Assembly (NCBI GenBank): GCA_050331235.1 | Contig: JBHJHA010000059.1 | Coordinates: 1 to 64,000 of the forward strand | Reading direction: 5' to 3' | DNA from: Leptolyngbyaceae cyanobacterium | GTDB taxonomy: Bacteria > Cyanobacteriota > Cyanobacteriia > Phormidesmidales > Phormidesmidaceae | DNA: 64,000 bases | Shown: one piece after another, positions 30,806-42,793 of the stretch | Position numbering within the stretch: position 1 is the stretch's first letter | Layout: the number at the start of each line of letters is the position of its first letter | Position numbers and translations under genes: made by a program | Notes under the pieces: model-generated | The model's input: the letters and a program-made list of their open reading frames with translations, nothing else | What the model was told of the DNA's origin: nothing | The model's database searches: none

Positions 30806-31510
30806 CTAATCGCCAGGCAGCTCTAGACAATATCCAGCCCCGTAAACTGTTTTGATGTACTTCGGATGACGAGGATCTGGTTCAATCTTGGTTCGCAAGT
30901 GGCGGACGTGAACTCGAATCGTCTCAATATCGTCATTGGGATCGTAGCCCCAGACTTCCTTCAAAATCTCGCTGGGAGAAACCGTCTGACCATGGCGCTG
31001 CAACAAACAGTGCAAGAGCTCAAATTCCAAATGTGTCAGCTTGACAGTCTGATCAAACCATAAAGCCTCAAATCGTTCAGGAATCAGCGTTAGCGGTCCA
31101 TAATTGAGGATCTCGCTATGCTTAGCTGCCTGCGGAATTCGGTCAGTACGGCGAAGCAAAGCGCGTACCCGAGCCAGCATTTCTTCTAGCTCAAAAGGTT
31201 TGGTGAGGTAATCATCAGCACCCGCATTAAAGCCGTCAACCTTGTCTTGTGTTTGACCTAAGGCAGTGAGCATTAAGACAGGAATCTCGGCTGTACGACT
31301 ATCTCGCCGTAATCGTTGGCAAACTGTCAGACCATCCACTTTAGGCAACATCAAATCGAGCATAATCAAGTCAGGCAGAAGCTGCACCGCTAATGCTTGC
31401 CCCTTAATGCCATCGCCTGCTTGGCTGACATCGTAGCCAGCCATCTCTAGGTTGACTGACACTAGCTCTGAAATGGATGGGTCGTCGTCAATTACAAGTA
31501 TGCGAGGCAT
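30806..31510 (-). CDS. rpaA: OmpR-family response regulator RpaA
   Basis: [57 protein letters not shown]. Confidence 0.95.
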   Translation of the reverse strand: MPRILVIDDDPSISELVSVNLEMAGYDVSQAGDGIKGQALAVQLLPDLIMLDLMLPKVDGLTVCQRLRRDSRTAEIPVLMLTALGQTQDKVDGFNAGADDYLTKPFELEEMLARVRALLRRTDRIPQAAKHSEILNYGPLTLIPERFEALWFDQTVKLTHLEFELLHCLLQRHGQTVSPSEILKEVWGYDPNDDIETIRVHVRHLRTKIEPDPRHPKYIKTVYGAGYCLELPGD

Positions 31511-31953
31511 TATTCAAACCACATTCTTTAGTCCAACAGTATTGCATTACGGCTTGAAAAGCATTAATACAAAATATTTTTAATCGAGAATATTACTTTA
31601 CAAGATTATAGAGCATCAACTATCCAACTACGGTAGTTAACCTGAGGTGTTCTGGAATGGATGGGGATGGATGAGCCACTAGATGAAGTCTTTTTGGCTG
31701 GTGCTTAATCAGGCGCCCGAGATGAGTTCTTTCAGATGTAGCGGTGCACGGCATGGGAAACGATACGTGTAGGAACAAGAACTCCGTCCCTATGCAAAAA
31801 TCGCTAGACTCATCAATAGTGCAAATAGAAGCTTCAAGCAAGATTTTCTGGCACTTCCGCTGAGAATGAGAAGCTGGCGTCGTTTCAACCTCTTAGCAGA
31901 TAAATACCAACCTTGTTTTTGGTGCTGAGTACCCCTAGAAAAGCCGCCGTCTG

Positions 31954-33207
31954 TTAAGTGAAAAGCTCGTCTAGATACTGATATAGTGCTTCGTCAGTTT
32001 GCCCCATTAACTGTTGGGTTTTTAGCTCAATCAGAGCATGGGAAAGCTGATCGGCCCGCTTTTTATAGTCACGATGTCCTGTCAGCAAATCCATAAAGGC
32101 GTTGTGCTCTATTGCCTCACGGCCAGCCTCGTCAGTTAAGGGAGAATCAAATTCACGCTCTTCAACATCGTATTTGAGCAAGAAAATTAAGGCCTGGCTA
32201 AGATGTTGCAGGTCTTTTTGTAGTTGCTTGATATCAAGAGCCAAGCGCTCAAAGCCAATTGGTCCAGAAATCTGCAGTTCAACAATTGGATGCTGGTCTG
32301 GATTCAAGGTTTGATTTGCGATCGCCGCTTCCACAACCTGGGTCGCCATCGATATGACGTCAGCTTCGCTTTCTTCTCCCATCGTCTTGACCTGCAAACG
32401 CACAATCGGTCTTTGCTGATAATTCGTTTGTAATGTTGCTTGAATGTCTGTAGCCGTAATTTCGACGAGATACGCTCCCCGTTGGAAGCTAGCCTCTTCA
32501 ACATTATTGGCTTCCAAAGACCCTGGATTGAAAATCCAGCCGCCCTCGCTGTAGTTCTTATGGATATGGCCCAGGGCCAAGTAATCGACTCCGGCCTCTT
32601 TCAAGGGCAAGAGTTCTGAATATCTCAGGGCACCGCTGTAGCGAGCAATTTGACCGTCTAAACCGTGGTGAAATAAGAGAATGGTGGCAGGTGGCCCCGG
32701 AGGTAATAACTGGATTGCGTCAGCAATCTGACCAATAGCTTGAACTGCCGCCGCTCCATACCAAGCTGAGCCAATGACTCGAACCCCGCAGGGCAAATCC
32801 ACATAGCCACCCCGTTTACGTTTCTTATCCCAAGGGGAATAGAAAGGTTCTCCGGCGGATAAATTTCCTGGCTCAAGCAGCTTCAGCATTCCCCACTGAG
32901 AGAGGTATTTTAGCCAGCTAGTTGACGTTCCGTAAGGCGTATTGTCATGGTTTCCCTCAATCGCAATTACTGGAATATTGGCTGCTTGAAGTTGCTGGAA
33001 ACAAAGCTGAGCTTGATTTAATACTGCCGGCTGAATGACTCGGTGCTCAAATAAATCGCCGGCGATGATGACAAAATCTACAGCCTCAGCGATCGCATAT
33101 TTTTGAAGTACGTCAGACAGCGCAAAGAAAAAATCCTTCGTTCTTTCGGGGCTGTTATACCGATCAATGCCTAAGTGAATATCGGCAAGATGAAGAATCC
33201 GGTCCAT
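31954..33207 (-). CDS. sbcD: SbcD/Mre11-family DNA repair exonuclease
   Basis: HLADIHLG, IAGDLFE, EGNHD, ALGHIH, NPGS. Confidence 0.85.
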   Translation of the reverse strand: MDRILHLADIHLGIDRYNSPERTKDFFFALSDVLQKYAIAEAVDFVIIAGDLFEHRVIQPAVLNQAQLCFQQLQAANIPVIAIEGNHDNTPYGTSTSWLKYLSQWGMLKLLEPGNLSAGEPFYSPWDKKRKRGGYVDLPCGVRVIGSAWYGAAAVQAIGQIADAIQLLPPGPPATILLFHHGLDGQIARYSGALRYSELLPLKEAGVDYLALGHIHKNYSEGGWIFNPGSLEANNVEEASFQRGAYLVEITATDIQATLQTNYQQRPIVRLQVKTMGEESEADVISMATQVVEAAIANQTLNPDQHPIVELQISGPIGFERLALDIKQLQKDLQHLSQALIFLLKYDVEEREFDSPLTDEAGREAIEHNAFMDLLTGHRDYKKRADQLSHALIELKTQQLMGQTDEALYQYLDELFT

Positions 33208-33287
33208 TCAATTCTCAAGAACACGCTCTCTTTAGTTTAGTTCGAGGTCAGCGACCCTCCCAGGCAAAAGATGACATATGCCTTTGC

Positions 33288-34388
33288 CTAAGCGGCAGAC
33301 TCTGACGTCGCTAACGCTTCCAATTGTTGCTGTTGATCCTGAGTAATACAGGACTGAATCATATCCTCAATGTCCCCTTCAAGGGCCGGGTTCAAAGAAA
33401 AATTCTGATTCAAACGATGGTCGGTAATGCGGTTGTCTTTGTAGTTGTAGGTACGAATCTTTTCTGAACGAGAGCCTGTGCCCACTTGTGATCGCCGCAT
33501 GGAGGTGACTTCTTCCTGCTGCTCTTGCAGCTTCATCTCGTATAACTTGGCACGCAAAATTTGCATTGCCCGCTCTCGGTTTTGCAGCTGCGATCGCTCT
33601 TCCGTACAAAAGATCCGAATTCCCGTCGGTTTATGAAATAAATCTACGGCCGTTTCAACTTTGTTCACGTTCTGTCCGCCGGCACCACCAGACCTTGCCG
33701 TTGAAATTTCTACCTCCGTAGGGTCGATCTCGATTTCAACATCATCGACCTCTGGCATAATCGCAACCGTCGCAGTCGACGTGTGAACTCGCCCACCCGC
33801 TTCGGTTACAGGCACCCGTTGCACTCGATGAACGCCCGACTCGTATTTCAACTTGCTGTAGACGTTATCACCCTGCACCTCAAGGATAGCCTCTTTAAAG
33901 CCGCCCATATCCGCAGCAGACTCGCTCAGTAGCTTAATGCGCCATTTCTGAGACTCAGCGTAGCGAGAGTACATCCTAACGAGATCGCCGGCCCAAATAC
34001 TGGCTTCATCGCCACCAGCGCCGGCCCGAACTTCAAGCATGATGTTCTTTTCATCGTTGGGGTCTTTAGGCAGCAGCAAGATCTTGAGGCGATTTTCCAA
34101 CTGCTCAAGTTGCTCCTCCAACGCCGCAACTTCCAACGCCGCCATTTCCTTCAGGTCAGGATCGCTACTCGATTCACGATAAATTTCTTGAGCTCCAGCC
34201 AGTTCCTCTTTGATCGATTTCCAATTGTCGTAGGTATTCACCGTCTCTTCTAAAGAAGAACGGGCCTTAGCAATACGCTGAAACTCATCAGGATCTCTCG
34301 CCACGTCCGGATCAGCTAAACGCCGAGTAAGTTCGTGAAACGTTTGATGCACCGAATTGAGCTTATCGATGAGGTAGGCTTCAGCCAT
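33288..34388 (-). CDS. prfA: Peptide chain release factor 1
   Basis: [32 protein letters not shown]. Confidence 0.98.
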   Translation of the reverse strand: MAEAYLIDKLNSVHQTFHELTRRLADPDVARDPDEFQRIAKARSSLEETVNTYDNWKSIKEELAGAQEIYRESSSDPDLKEMAALEVAALEEQLEQLENRLKILLLPKDPNDEKNIMLEVRAGAGGDEASIWAGDLVRMYSRYAESQKWRIKLLSESAADMGGFKEAILEVQGDNVYSKLKYESGVHRVQRVPVTEAGGRVHTSTATVAIMPEVDDVEIEIDPTEVEISTARSGGAGGQNVNKVETAVDLFHKPTGIRIFCTEERSQLQNRERAMQILRAKLYEMKLQEQQEEVTSMRRSQVGTGSRSEKIRTYNYKDNRITDHRLNQNFSLNPALEGDIEDMIQSCITQDQQQQLEALATSESAA

Positions 34389-34450
34389 GATTCCTTTCGT
34401 GAATCCAATCGCAACAAATAAGGATGCCAGAACGCGATTTCCGAAATCCG

Positions 34451-34699
34451 TTAGGAATCTTTTTCAGGGCTCGAATCGCTGCTTTCGCTGGTACTCGACA
34501 TCCCGTATTTCCGCATAAAGCGCTCGACTCGGCCTTCAGTGTCAATGATTTTCTGAGTGCCTGTGTAAAAGGGGTGATTACCAGACCAAACATCAACGTG
34601 TAGTTCTGGTTTCGTAGAGCCCACTGTCATAACCAGCTTGCCGTCGCAGTAAACTTTGGCTTCGGGATACCATTCGGGGTGAATTTCAGATTTAGGCAT
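34451..34699 (-). CDS. rpmE: 50S ribosomal protein L31
   Basis: [28 protein letters not shown]. Confidence 0.97.
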   Translation of the reverse strand: MPKSEIHPEWYPEAKVYCDGKLVMTVGSTKPELHVDVWSGNHPFYTGTQKIIDTEGRVERFMRKYGMSSTSESSDSSPEKDS

Positions 34700-34783
34700 T
34701 TTTGATCCTTGGCGTATGTGAAAGCAAGAGCTAAAAACCGTTGCTCAAATTGATGTACAAGTGGGCCATTGCCCAGCAGAAAC

Positions 34784-35197
34784 CTATCGTTTGGAGAACT
34801 GAGGAGCTTTGCGGGCCTTCTTTAAACCGTACTTTTTACGTTCCTTGCAGCGAGGATCCCGTGTCAAATAGCCCTCAACCTTAAGAGGCTTACGGTTTTC
34901 CGGATCAAGCTCACACAGAGCTCGAGCGACTCCCATTTTGATTGCATCAGCATGGCCGGTCAAACCACCACCACGAACATTCACCAGAATGTCATATTCA
35001 TTCTCTAGACCAAGTGTTTCTAGCGGTGCTTTTACCACTGACAAATAGGCAGGATTTCCTTGCAGATGCTCGGTGCCAGGCCGACCATTGATTTTGATAT
35101 CACCGCTGCCAGGCACCAAACGCACTCGAGCCACGGCCGACTTACGACGACCGGTACCCCAGTAAACGACGCGTTCATTAATATCAGTAGCTTGCAT
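34784..35197 (-). CDS. rpsI: 30S ribosomal protein S9
   Basis: [31 protein letters not shown]. Confidence 0.98.
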   Translation of the reverse strand: MQATDINERVVYWGTGRRKSAVARVRLVPGSGDIKINGRPGTEHLQGNPAYLSVVKAPLETLGLENEYDILVNVRGGGLTGHADAIKMGVARALCELDPENRKPLKVEGYLTRDPRCKERKKYGLKKARKAPQFSKR

Positions 35198-35652
35198 TAT
35201 GCTTTGTCTCCGGGAATAGTGTTGATAATCAATGATTCAGGTTGCTGGGCGCTATGTGGATGTTCAGGGCCGGCATAGACCTTGAGTTTCGTGAATAGCT
35301 TGCGACCCAAGGCGTTTTTCGGCAGCATCCCTTTGACGGCTTTCTCAACGATACGCTCAGGGATTCGATTTTGAAGCTGAGCAAACGTTTCTGTTTTCAT
35401 GCCACCCGGACGGCCTGAATGTCGACGATAGAGTTTCTGGCTGGCTTTGTTGCCAGTCACTACCACTTTCTCAGCATTGACCACCACCACAAAATCACCA
35501 ACATCCATGTTCGGCGTGAAAGTCGGTTTGTTTTTGCCTCTGAGGATACCAGCCACCTCAGTGGCCAATCGTCCTAAGCGCTGATCAGCCGCGTCGATAA
35601 CGTACCATTTACGCTCATCAACATCGGAAGGAGGAATGTAAGTCTTAGTCAT
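35197..35652 (-). CDS. rplM: 50S ribosomal protein L13
   Basis: WYVIDA, LGRLA, RGKNKP, KGMLPKN. Confidence 0.98.
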   Translation of the reverse strand: MTKTYIPPSDVDERKWYVIDAADQRLGRLATEVAGILRGKNKPTFTPNMDVGDFVVVVNAEKVVVTGNKASQKLYRRHSGRPGGMKTETFAQLQNRIPERIVEKAVKGMLPKNALGRKLFTKLKVYAGPEHPHSAQQPESLIINTIPGDKA

Positions 35653-35699
35653 AGGTTTATCAGAGGGTGGTCAGTGAATAAAGTTGCGATGAGAGCGCG

Positions 35700-36584
35700 C
35701 TAAACCGCGATCACCGGGGAGAGGAGGGGCAAGCAGAAGTGAGGTTGAGTATCGTACCAAATGTCAGGGGAGAAAGGAAAGTGATCATAACCGACTCGCA
35801 AAAGACAAAGTCCGCTGGCAGGAGCTGCATATTTAACCCGTTCTCGCTGTTTCATTTGCCAGAGCTGGGTAAAGTCTTCAACGCTGAGTAGCCCCCTCCC
35901 GACCTGGACCAAAATGCCCATCAGCAAGCGAACCATGCCGTACAAGAAACCGTTGGCCTGTAGCTCGACTGTTACAAACGGTGCTCGGGCTGAGCACTGA
36001 GTTTCTTGAAGGTCAACAAAAGCGTGGGAACGGGTAGATCCTGCTCGCTGAAATGCGGTCAGATCGTGATAACCCACCATACGTTCAAGGGCGCGCTGCA
36101 TGTCTGAAATGTTGAATGGCTCAAAGTAATAGTGCCAAGTAAACGGACGGATAAACAAGTTGGGCACAGGATGGGTATAGAGGGTATAGCGATAACGTCG
36201 CCATTTAGCAGAGAATTGAGCGTGCCAATCATCGGGCACCTGTTCTGAGCCCCGAATAACAATGTCCTGTGGCAAGCGGCTGTTTAAAATGCTGGCCCAG
36301 CGATTGGCTGGGATTAAAGTTGGAGCTCGAAAGTGAGCCACCTGAGCAGATGCATGGACACCTGTATCCGTACGACCAGCCCCACACAGGGTAATGTCTG
36401 TACCTAAGACGCTGGCGATAGCAGTCTCAATTTCGCCCTGAACAGTACGTTCCCTGGGTTGCCGTTGCCAGCCATGGAAATGAGTACCCACATATTGCAC
36501 GACCAATGCTACCCGATGGAACAATGGTTCACGGGTAGCCGCATCCAGATTGGATGGAGTTGATTGAGTGCTTGGAAGGGACAT
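35700..36584 (-). CDS. truA: tRNA pseudouridine(38-40) synthase
   Basis: FHGWQRQ, GAGRTDTGVHA, FLYGMVR. Confidence 0.96.
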   Translation of the reverse strand: MSLPSTQSTPSNLDAATREPLFHRVALVVQYVGTHFHGWQRQPRERTVQGEIETAIASVLGTDITLCGAGRTDTGVHASAQVAHFRAPTLIPANRWASILNSRLPQDIVIRGSEQVPDDWHAQFSAKWRRYRYTLYTHPVPNLFIRPFTWHYYFEPFNISDMQRALERMVGYHDLTAFQRAGSTRSHAFVDLQETQCSARAPFVTVELQANGFLYGMVRLLMGILVQVGRGLLSVEDFTQLWQMKQRERVKYAAPASGLCLLRVGYDHFPFSPDIWYDTQPHFCLPLLSPVIAV

Positions 36585-36602
36585 CTCTGGAAACTCGATC
36601 TC

Positions 36603-36953
36603 TTAAGTCAGCTCGATAATAGCCATCTCAGCATTATCGCCGCGACGGCTAACTGTGCGGAGGATGCGGGTATAACCGCCTTGGCGTGCTCCATAGCGTT
36701 CGGGAGCTTGCTCAAACAAGGCCTTAACTAGATTCTTATCATACATATAGCTCAACGCCTGGCGACGGGCTGATAAGGAGCCATCCTTAGCCAGGGTAAT
36801 CATGCGATCAGCCTCAGACCGGACTGCTTTGGCACGTGCCTTAGTAGTTTTGATTTGACCATTTCGGATCAGTTCAGTCGTCAGCGATCGCAACAACGCA
36901 CGACGCTGATCAGCTGGTTTTCCCAGTCTTGGGATGCGACGGCCATGGCGCAT
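36603..36953 (-). CDS. rplQ: 50S ribosomal protein L17
   Basis: [33 protein letters not shown]. Confidence 0.98.
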   Translation of the reverse strand: MRHGRRIPRLGKPADQRRALLRSLTTELIRNGQIKTTKARAKAVRSEADRMITLAKDGSLSARRQALSYMYDKNLVKALFEQAPERYGARQGGYTRILRTVSRRGDNAEMAIIELT

Positions 36954-37052
36954 GATTTTCTCCCCCTTTTCATAAAACACAACTTGACAACAAAAATCCG
37001 AAGCCAGAAGCTTCGGAAGAGTAAAGCCCAAAATTGGGCTCAAGAGTCTTCC

Positions 37053-38000
37053 CTAAGGAGTCTTAGCAGACTTTTCAGCCGGCAGGGTAATGCCCAATCG
37101 CTGCTGTAAAGCCTCGATCACCTCGTCAGCTGATTTCTGACCGAAGTTCTTTATCTCGAGCAGATCCTCTTGAGTAAAGTCTAATAAATCAGCAACAGAG
37201 TTGACCTGAGCCCGTTTCAAGCAGTTGTATGCTCTGACAGAAAGCTGAAGTTCTTCAATCGGAATATGGTTTGCCGGATCCTCTTCTTTGGGCTCTTCCT
37301 CGGACTTAGGCTCTAGAGTGACATCTTTCAATGGATTGAACAGAGATACTAAAATAGCGGCTGCTTCGCTCATGGCTTGCTGAGGCGTCAGACTACCGTT
37401 GGTAGTGACTTCCATGACAAGGCGATCTTTCTTGAGAGAGCCGCCCTCCATGACATCTTCAACGGTGTAATTTACCTTCCGCACCGGCATAAAGATGGCG
37501 TCAATCTGCATGAAGTCTAGGGCGGCAGCCTCATCATGACTCCGCTCGATAGCGCGGTAGCCCTTGCCTAACTCAATCCGAAACTCCATTTCGAGGGTAT
37601 GTCCCTCGGCCACCGTTGCAATGTACTGCTCGGGATCAATCACTTCAACCTCAGAAGGCAAATCAAAGTGACCAGCCGTGACCTTTGCTGGTCCCTGCAC
37701 CAGAAGGCGACCAATTTGAGGCTGAGCCGAGTAGCTCTTAAGTACGACCTCTTTCATGTTTAAGAGAACGTCGAGAACATCCTCGCGCACTCCTGGAACA
37801 GTCGAAAATTCGTGAGTTGCCCCGGCAATACGTACAGCTGTGATAGCAGTACCTTCAAGGTTTGACAACAAAACCCTACGCAGCGCGTTGCCAACGGTAA
37901 TTCCTTGACTACGCTCTAACGGCTCAATTACAAATCGACTGAAATGACTTTGGTCATCGCCAATCGATGATTCTACGCACTCAACCTGAAACTGTGCCAC
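37053..38000 (-). CDS. rpoA: RNA polymerase alpha subunit
   Basis: GITVGNALRRVLLS, HEFSTVPGVREDV, LSVRAYNCLKR, NFGQKS. Confidence 0.98.
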   Translation of the reverse strand: MAQFQVECVESSIGDDQSHFSRFVIEPLERSQGITVGNALRRVLLSNLEGTAITAVRIAGATHEFSTVPGVREDVLDVLLNMKEVVLKSYSAQPQIGRLLVQGPAKVTAGHFDLPSEVEVIDPEQYIATVAEGHTLEMEFRIELGKGYRAIERSHDEAAALDFMQIDAIFMPVRKVNYTVEDVMEGGSLKKDRLVMEVTTNGSLTPQQAMSEAAAILVSLFNPLKDVTLEPKSEEEPKEEDPANHIPIEELQLSVRAYNCLKRAQVNSVADLLDFTQEDLLEIKNFGQKSADEVIEALQQRLGITLPAEKSAKTP

Positions 38001-38048
38001 TGTGGTGTCCTCCCTTTGCCTGAATCAGCACTCCGAAATGATCTGACG

Positions 38049-38441
38049 TTAAACTCGACGTCGCTTAGGCGGACGACAACCGTTGTGAGGAATGGGAGTC
38101 ACATCTCGAATCAGTGTGATCTCCAAACCAGCCGCTTGTAAGGCACGGATAGCTGTTTCTCGACCTGCACCGGGACCGCTAACCATCACCTCAATCTGAC
38201 GCATACCCTGATCCATAGCCCGCCGCGCGGCACTATCAGCAGCCGTCTGGGCTGCAAACGGAGTCCCTTTCTTGGCTCCTTTGAAGCCGCTTGCACCGGC
38301 TGAAGACCAAGAAACTGCACCACCATTGGTGTCAGTGATGGTAACAATCGTATTGTTGAAAGTGGATTGAATGTGCGCTACACCGTTAGGCACATTCTTT
38401 TTCGTTTTCCGTCCACCGGTTTTTTTAGTCGGTTTAGCCAT
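38049..38441 (-). CDS. rpsK: 30S ribosomal protein S11
   Basis: [33 protein letters not shown]. Confidence 0.98.
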   Translation of the reverse strand: MAKPTKKTGGRKTKKNVPNGVAHIQSTFNNTIVTITDTNGGAVSWSSAGASGFKGAKKGTPFAAQTAADSAARRAMDQGMRQIEVMVSGPGAGRETAIRALQAAGLEITLIRDVTPIPHNGCRPPKRRRV

Positions 38442-38539
38442 TTACCTATCTACCCATTTGTCTCAGTCACCAAAAACAAGCGCATCCCGATAATCGTCTA
38501 AATGGTAGACGTTGAATCGAGATACGCCATAAATTAGAG

Positions 38540-38920
38540 TTACTTCTTCGGCGCTTTCTTTTTACCGGCAACCGTTCGCTTGCCACTCCGACGGGTGCGC
38601 GAATTTGTGCGCGTCCGCTGCCCTCGGACAGGGAGACCGGCCCGGTGACGACGACCACGGTAGCAGCCAATATCCATAAGTCGCTTGATGTTCAAGCCTT
38701 CCAAGCGGCGCAGGTCGCCTTCAACTTGGTAGTCGTTTTCGACTGAATCTCTCAGGCTAGAAACATCGGAGTCAGTCAAGTCACGAACTCGAGTATCAGG
38801 ATTTACACCCGTTTTCTCAAGGATCGCCTTTGATCGACTTAAGCCGATGCCATATATGTATGTCAGACCAATTTCAACCCGCTTGTCTCTTGGCAGGTCT
38901 ACGCCAGCAATCCGTGCCAC
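38540..38920 (-). CDS. rpsM: 30S ribosomal protein S13
   Basis: [30 protein letters not shown]. Confidence 0.98.
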   Translation of the reverse strand: MARIAGVDLPRDKRVEIGLTYIYGIGLSRSKAILEKTGVNPDTRVRDLTDSDVSSLRDSVENDYQVEGDLRRLEGLNIKRLMDIGCYRGRRHRAGLPVRGQRTRTNSRTRRSGKRTVAGKKKAPKK

Positions 38921-39040
38921 TGACTATCCTCTCCCCAGCTAATTTCACTTGTCAATACAGCTTAGATTCAATTCATAAGCTGATGGGCAAAGCTCTGCCC
39001 CGTAAAGTACAAATCCCAATAGCGATCGCCTCAGAAAAAA

Positions 39041-39154
39041 TTATCCTTGGCGCTGCTTATGCTTAGGATTTGTACAAATCACCATTACCCGGCCATTACG
39101 GCGGATAACGCGACATTTATCACACATTCTTCGGACGGATGCGCGGACTTTCAT
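39041..39154 (-). CDS. rpmJ: 50S ribosomal protein L36 (absent from ORF track)
   Basis: Manual translation [37 protein letters not shown]. Confidence 0.97.
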   Translation of the reverse strand: MKVRASVRRMCDKCRVIRRNGRVMVICTNPKHKQRQG

Positions 39155-39268
39155 GTCCCTGTTCTCAGCACTCCACTACAGAATAGCAATCCTAACAAAG
39201 TAAACCTGGCTGCGTCAAATTTTTCTTGATAATGTTTCGACCTTATATCCGCCTTTTATTTGGGCAAC

Positions 39269-39301
39269 AAAAAAGCGTCTCTCGACTTGCGGGAGACGCT
39301 T
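39269..39301 (-). terminator. Intrinsic terminator after psb27
   Basis: aagcgtctctcg/cgggagacgctt stem with an A-run on + (T-run on -). Confidence 0.75.
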
Positions 39302-39340
39302 CCATGATGAACGAATTAAATGCAGCCTTAGACAGTGATC

Positions 39341-39745
39341 TTATGCACCTCGCTTGAGGGCCGCCTCAACCTGCTTGAACTCTTGTTCTAAGCGGTTTTT
39401 AAGTTTGTCTGGGACAGGGCGATTGGGATATGAACTGTAGTGACCTGCCAGCCCGTTTAGCGCCGTTCGAATGGTGGCAAATGATGAACGCCCTTCGACT
39501 CCGCTATCGCGTCGGTAGTAGGAGAAGAAGTCATTGATCATATTGCGGGCGTTTACTTCTGCTGCATTCTTGTCTGGGTCATCTTCAGACATGTTGATTG
39601 CCGTTCTCAAGGTGTCGATGATAGTTTGCGTATCTTCTTGATAGTTGCCGGTCATTTGCCCGCTAACGCCCGCACTACTGCAGCCGGCCAAACCAATTAC
39701 TGCAACCAAAACGAGGGCAAGCAAGCGTGAAAGTAACTGTCTCAT
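39341..39745 (-). CDS. psb27: Photosystem II assembly lipoprotein Psb27
   Basis: LAGC lipobox, TGNYQEDT, SF..IRTALNGLAGHYSSYPNRPVP. Confidence 0.95.
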   Translation of the reverse strand: MRQLLSRLLALVLVAVIGLAGCSSAGVSGQMTGNYQEDTQTIIDTLRTAINMSEDDPDKNAAEVNARNMINDFFSYYRRDSGVEGRSSFATIRTALNGLAGHYSSYPNRPVPDKLKNRLEQEFKQVEAALKRGA

Positions 39746-40073
39746 GATTTTCTATGCAGTAAGCTACAGCAGCGCTATCCATATAGAATGCGCTCCTGCT
39801 ATTTTACCCCGTTGCGTCATGGCAACGACCTTTTAATTCGGTTTATGTCTCGAGATAGAGCGAGGTAATACCTGGTTGAATGCTCTGTTTCCTTCACAGT
39901 GACAATGACGGAGCTGGTAGCGCAACATCTATAACGATCGCAACTGGGTCAAGCCCTGGAAATATACGCCTGCGAGCGGTGGTAAGAATGGTAGGCTGTC
40001 TAGCGCACCGGCATGGTGATCGGAGTCTGGTCACTACAATGATTTCGACGGTTGTTGTGTCTAATGATTTTGT

Positions 40074-40589
40074 ATGAATTACTTAGTGGCGGTCTTGGGC
40101 GATCGCATTAAAGCTGAAGCTGCCTATTCGGCCTTAGAGGAGGCCAAGTTCTCTATGGATACGGTTTCGATCCTTGGTAAGGGATACCAGAGCGCCGATG
40201 AATTTGGCTTGGTCGACCCGGCCAATCAGGCCTGGAAACAGGTGCGGTTAATGATGGTGTGGCTAGTCCCATTTGGCTTTGCAGCAGGCTTCGCCTTCAA
40301 CGCGATTACTGGGCTTGATACCTTTCCCTGGGCGGGGGCAACTGGTAATCAAATCCTGGGCGGCATCTTAGGTGCGGGCTCGGGGGCACTGGGGGCATTT
40401 TTTGTGGGTGGGGGAGCCGGAGCGGCCCTCGGCAGCGGCGATGCATTGTCCTATCGTAATCGCCTCAACGCCGGCAAATATTTAGTTGTTATGCGGGGAT
40501 CAGATGCACAAATTCGAGCGGCAACGCCGATTGTTCGCCAGTTTCGACCGGAAAATATTCAAGGCTACACTGCGCCTAAAGAAGCATAG
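40074..40589 (+). CDS. Conserved hypothetical membrane protein
   Basis: 171-aa ORF with Gly-rich hydrophobic hairpin and YRNRLNAGKYLVV. Confidence 0.7.
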   Translation: MNYLVAVLGDRIKAEAAYSALEEAKFSMDTVSILGKGYQSADEFGLVDPANQAWKQVRLMMVWLVPFGFAAGFAFNAITGLDTFPWAGATGNQILGGILGAGSGALGAFFVGGGAGAALGSGDALSYRNRLNAGKYLVVMRGSDAQIRAATPIVRQFRPENIQGYTAPKEA

Positions 40590-40722
40590 GAGCTGAGTTT
40601 GATGAGCTTAACATGCTGTCTATCAGTGCCTTTTAGGGAGAAAAATTTCAAACTTTCTACGTTTCTGGGTGGAGTGGCAGTTGAATTAGTGATTTTCAGT
40701 AATTGTTATTTGGGGAAGATCT

Positions 40723-41085
40723 GTGACACAGAAGCGACTTGTCATCGAAATGGGGATGGGGGTTGATCAGCACGGTCAAGATCCTACGGTAGCGGCTGCT
40801 CGGGCTGTTCGCAATGCGATCGCTCATAATGCTTTACCCGGCGTTTGGGAAGTTGCTGGGCTAGCTCACCCTAATGAAATGCTGGTTGATGTCCAGGTGG
40901 CCGTTCCCAATCCAGAACAGGTACGACAGGATGAAGTTCTAGGCGTTCTGCCCTTTGGTCACAAGACTCTCCGGTTAGAAGCGGGCGGTATGGTGGTAGT
41001 GGGAAAAGCGATCGCTGAATTAGATGACAAAAACGACGACATGTATATTGCGATTGCCGCGGTTACCGTCTCCATCCCTAACTAA
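40723..41085 (+). CDS. Lin0512 family protein
   Basis: IEMGMGVDQHGQDPTVAAARAVRNAI..N.LP. Confidence 0.85.
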   Translation: MTQKRLVIEMGMGVDQHGQDPTVAAARAVRNAIAHNALPGVWEVAGLAHPNEMLVDVQVAVPNPEQVRQDEVLGVLPFGHKTLRLEAGGMVVVGKAIAELDDKNDDMYIAIAAVTVSIPN

Positions 41086-41108
41086 ACTCCTAGACCGCTA
41101 ATTGCCGG

Positions 41109-42695
41109 CTAGATGGAAGTTACCTGTAGCTGGGCTAAGTTTGAGGTGTTACCGGATAGCTTTAAATGGCGCTTATTCGCATCTAGGTGACGCAGGATTT
41201 TATACAGCGTTTCAATGTCTTCTGAAGCTCCAATGTTGGCCGCTAGCTCTGCGATCGTCTGGGGGCGGGAGGCCCGCTGTACTCCTTCTATGGCATCGGA
41301 CTGTAGCTTCAGAATACCGGCCGCTGCTTTTTTGCCTGCTTCTACTCCAGGTTGGTGGTAAGCATTGATATTTACCAACGAGGCATAGAGCCCAACGGCT
41401 CGTTCATAAAGGGCGATCAGTGCACCGACGATTTGGGGGGTAACATTTGGTACTGTGATGGTGATGGAGTCCCGTTGATTGTCAAAAAGTGCCTGGCGAG
41501 TGCCTAATAGAAAACCACTGAGGAAATCACCAGCGGTTGCGTCTTGGTCGATGACAATTGAGTCCCCTTGGCGATCTTGCAATACCTCAATAAAGGTGAC
41601 GAAAAAATTATTAACGCCTTCCCGAAGCTGTTGCACATAGGCGTGTTGGTCAGTTGAGCCCTTATTCCCGTAAACAGCAATGCCCTGATTGACAACGTTG
41701 CCATCTAAGTCACGCTCCTTGCCCAAAGACTCCATCACCAACTGCTGTAGATAGCGGCTAAATAACGCCAAGCTGTCTTTGTAGGGCAACAGCACCATGT
41801 CTTTTAGACCCCGTCCCTCGCCTACGTAGTACCAACTCATCGCCAACAACGCAGCCGGATTGCGGCGCAGATCAGGCACGCGAGTGGCGCTGTCCATGGT
41901 TTTTGCTCCATCCAAGATGGAGAGCATGTCGATGCCCTCTAAAGCTGCGGGAAGTAGTCCGACCGCTGATAGTTCCGACGTTCGGCCGCCGACCCAACCG
42001 TGCATTGGAAAGGTTCCCAGCCATCCTTGTTGGGTAGCAATTTTCTCCAGGTTGCTGCCGATGCCGGTGACGGCGACTGCCTGCCTAGCAAAGCTGCGAC
42101 CAATTTGTTCAAATCGGTGCTGGACCTCTACCATTGCGTTACGGGTTTCCGGAGTCCCGCCTGACTTAGATGTCACGATCACCAGGGTGGTGGCTAAGCG
42201 ATCGCCCAGACGATTCAGCGTGCGATCAATTCCCGCCGGATCAGTATTGTCAATAAAATGTGCCTCAAGGGGAGGATAATCTGCCGTCAGCGCCTGGGAT
42301 ACAAATTGTGGTCCCAGGGCGGAGCCACCGATCCCGATGCAGAGTAAATCCGTGAATTTTTCTTGTCCTGGAGGATAGAGAGCTCCGGTATGGACCTGTT
42401 GGGTAAACGTTTTGATGTCTTGTAGCGTTCTTAGAATGTCTTGCTTCAGTTCTTCCGAAGGAGCTCGATCTGGATCACGCAGCCAATAATGACCCACCAT
42501 CCGGTCTTCGTCGGGATTTGCGATCGCGCCTTGCTCTAGGGCAGCCATATCGGCAAATGCGGATTGAAATTTTGGCTGCATTTGCTCGACAAAAGTTGCA
42601 TCAAAGCGGATACGACTGATATCGAGGTACAGCCCCAACTCCTCATGCTGATAGAGCCAGCTTTGATAACGCTGCCAAAGTGCAAGTTTATCCAT
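41109..42695 (-). CDS. pgi: Glucose-6-phosphate isomerase
   Basis: [45 protein letters not shown]. Confidence 0.97.
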   Translation of the reverse strand: MDKLALWQRYQSWLYQHEELGLYLDISRIRFDATFVEQMQPKFQSAFADMAALEQGAIANPDEDRMVGHYWLRDPDRAPSEELKQDILRTLQDIKTFTQQVHTGALYPPGQEKFTDLLCIGIGGSALGPQFVSQALTADYPPLEAHFIDNTDPAGIDRTLNRLGDRLATTLVIVTSKSGGTPETRNAMVEVQHRFEQIGRSFARQAVAVTGIGSNLEKIATQQGWLGTFPMHGWVGGRTSELSAVGLLPAALEGIDMLSILDGAKTMDSATRVPDLRRNPAALLAMSWYYVGEGRGLKDMVLLPYKDSLALFSRYLQQLVMESLGKERDLDGNVVNQGIAVYGNKGSTDQHAYVQQLREGVNNFFVTFIEVLQDRQGDSIVIDQDATAGDFLSGFLLGTRQALFDNQRDSITITVPNVTPQIVGALIALYERAVGLYASLVNINAYHQPGVEAGKKAAAGILKLQSDAIEGVQRASRPQTIAELAANIGASEDIETLYKILRHLDANKRHLKLSGNTSNLAQLQVTSI

Positions 42696-42779
42696 AGCAA
42701 TTTCCCGTCTTTGTCTTTATGTAAGTATGGCGATGTCGGTCGAGGCTTCAACTCAGTTTAGAGAAACGTGGCCCAATGA

Positions 42780-42793
42780 GTAGAGATTGCTAC
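42780..42793 (-). promoter_or_regulatory. Possible NtcA site upstream of pgi
   Basis: GTA-N8-TAC (gtagagattgctac), TAAACT 19 nt downstream on - (shorter than canonical spacing). Confidence 0.3.
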
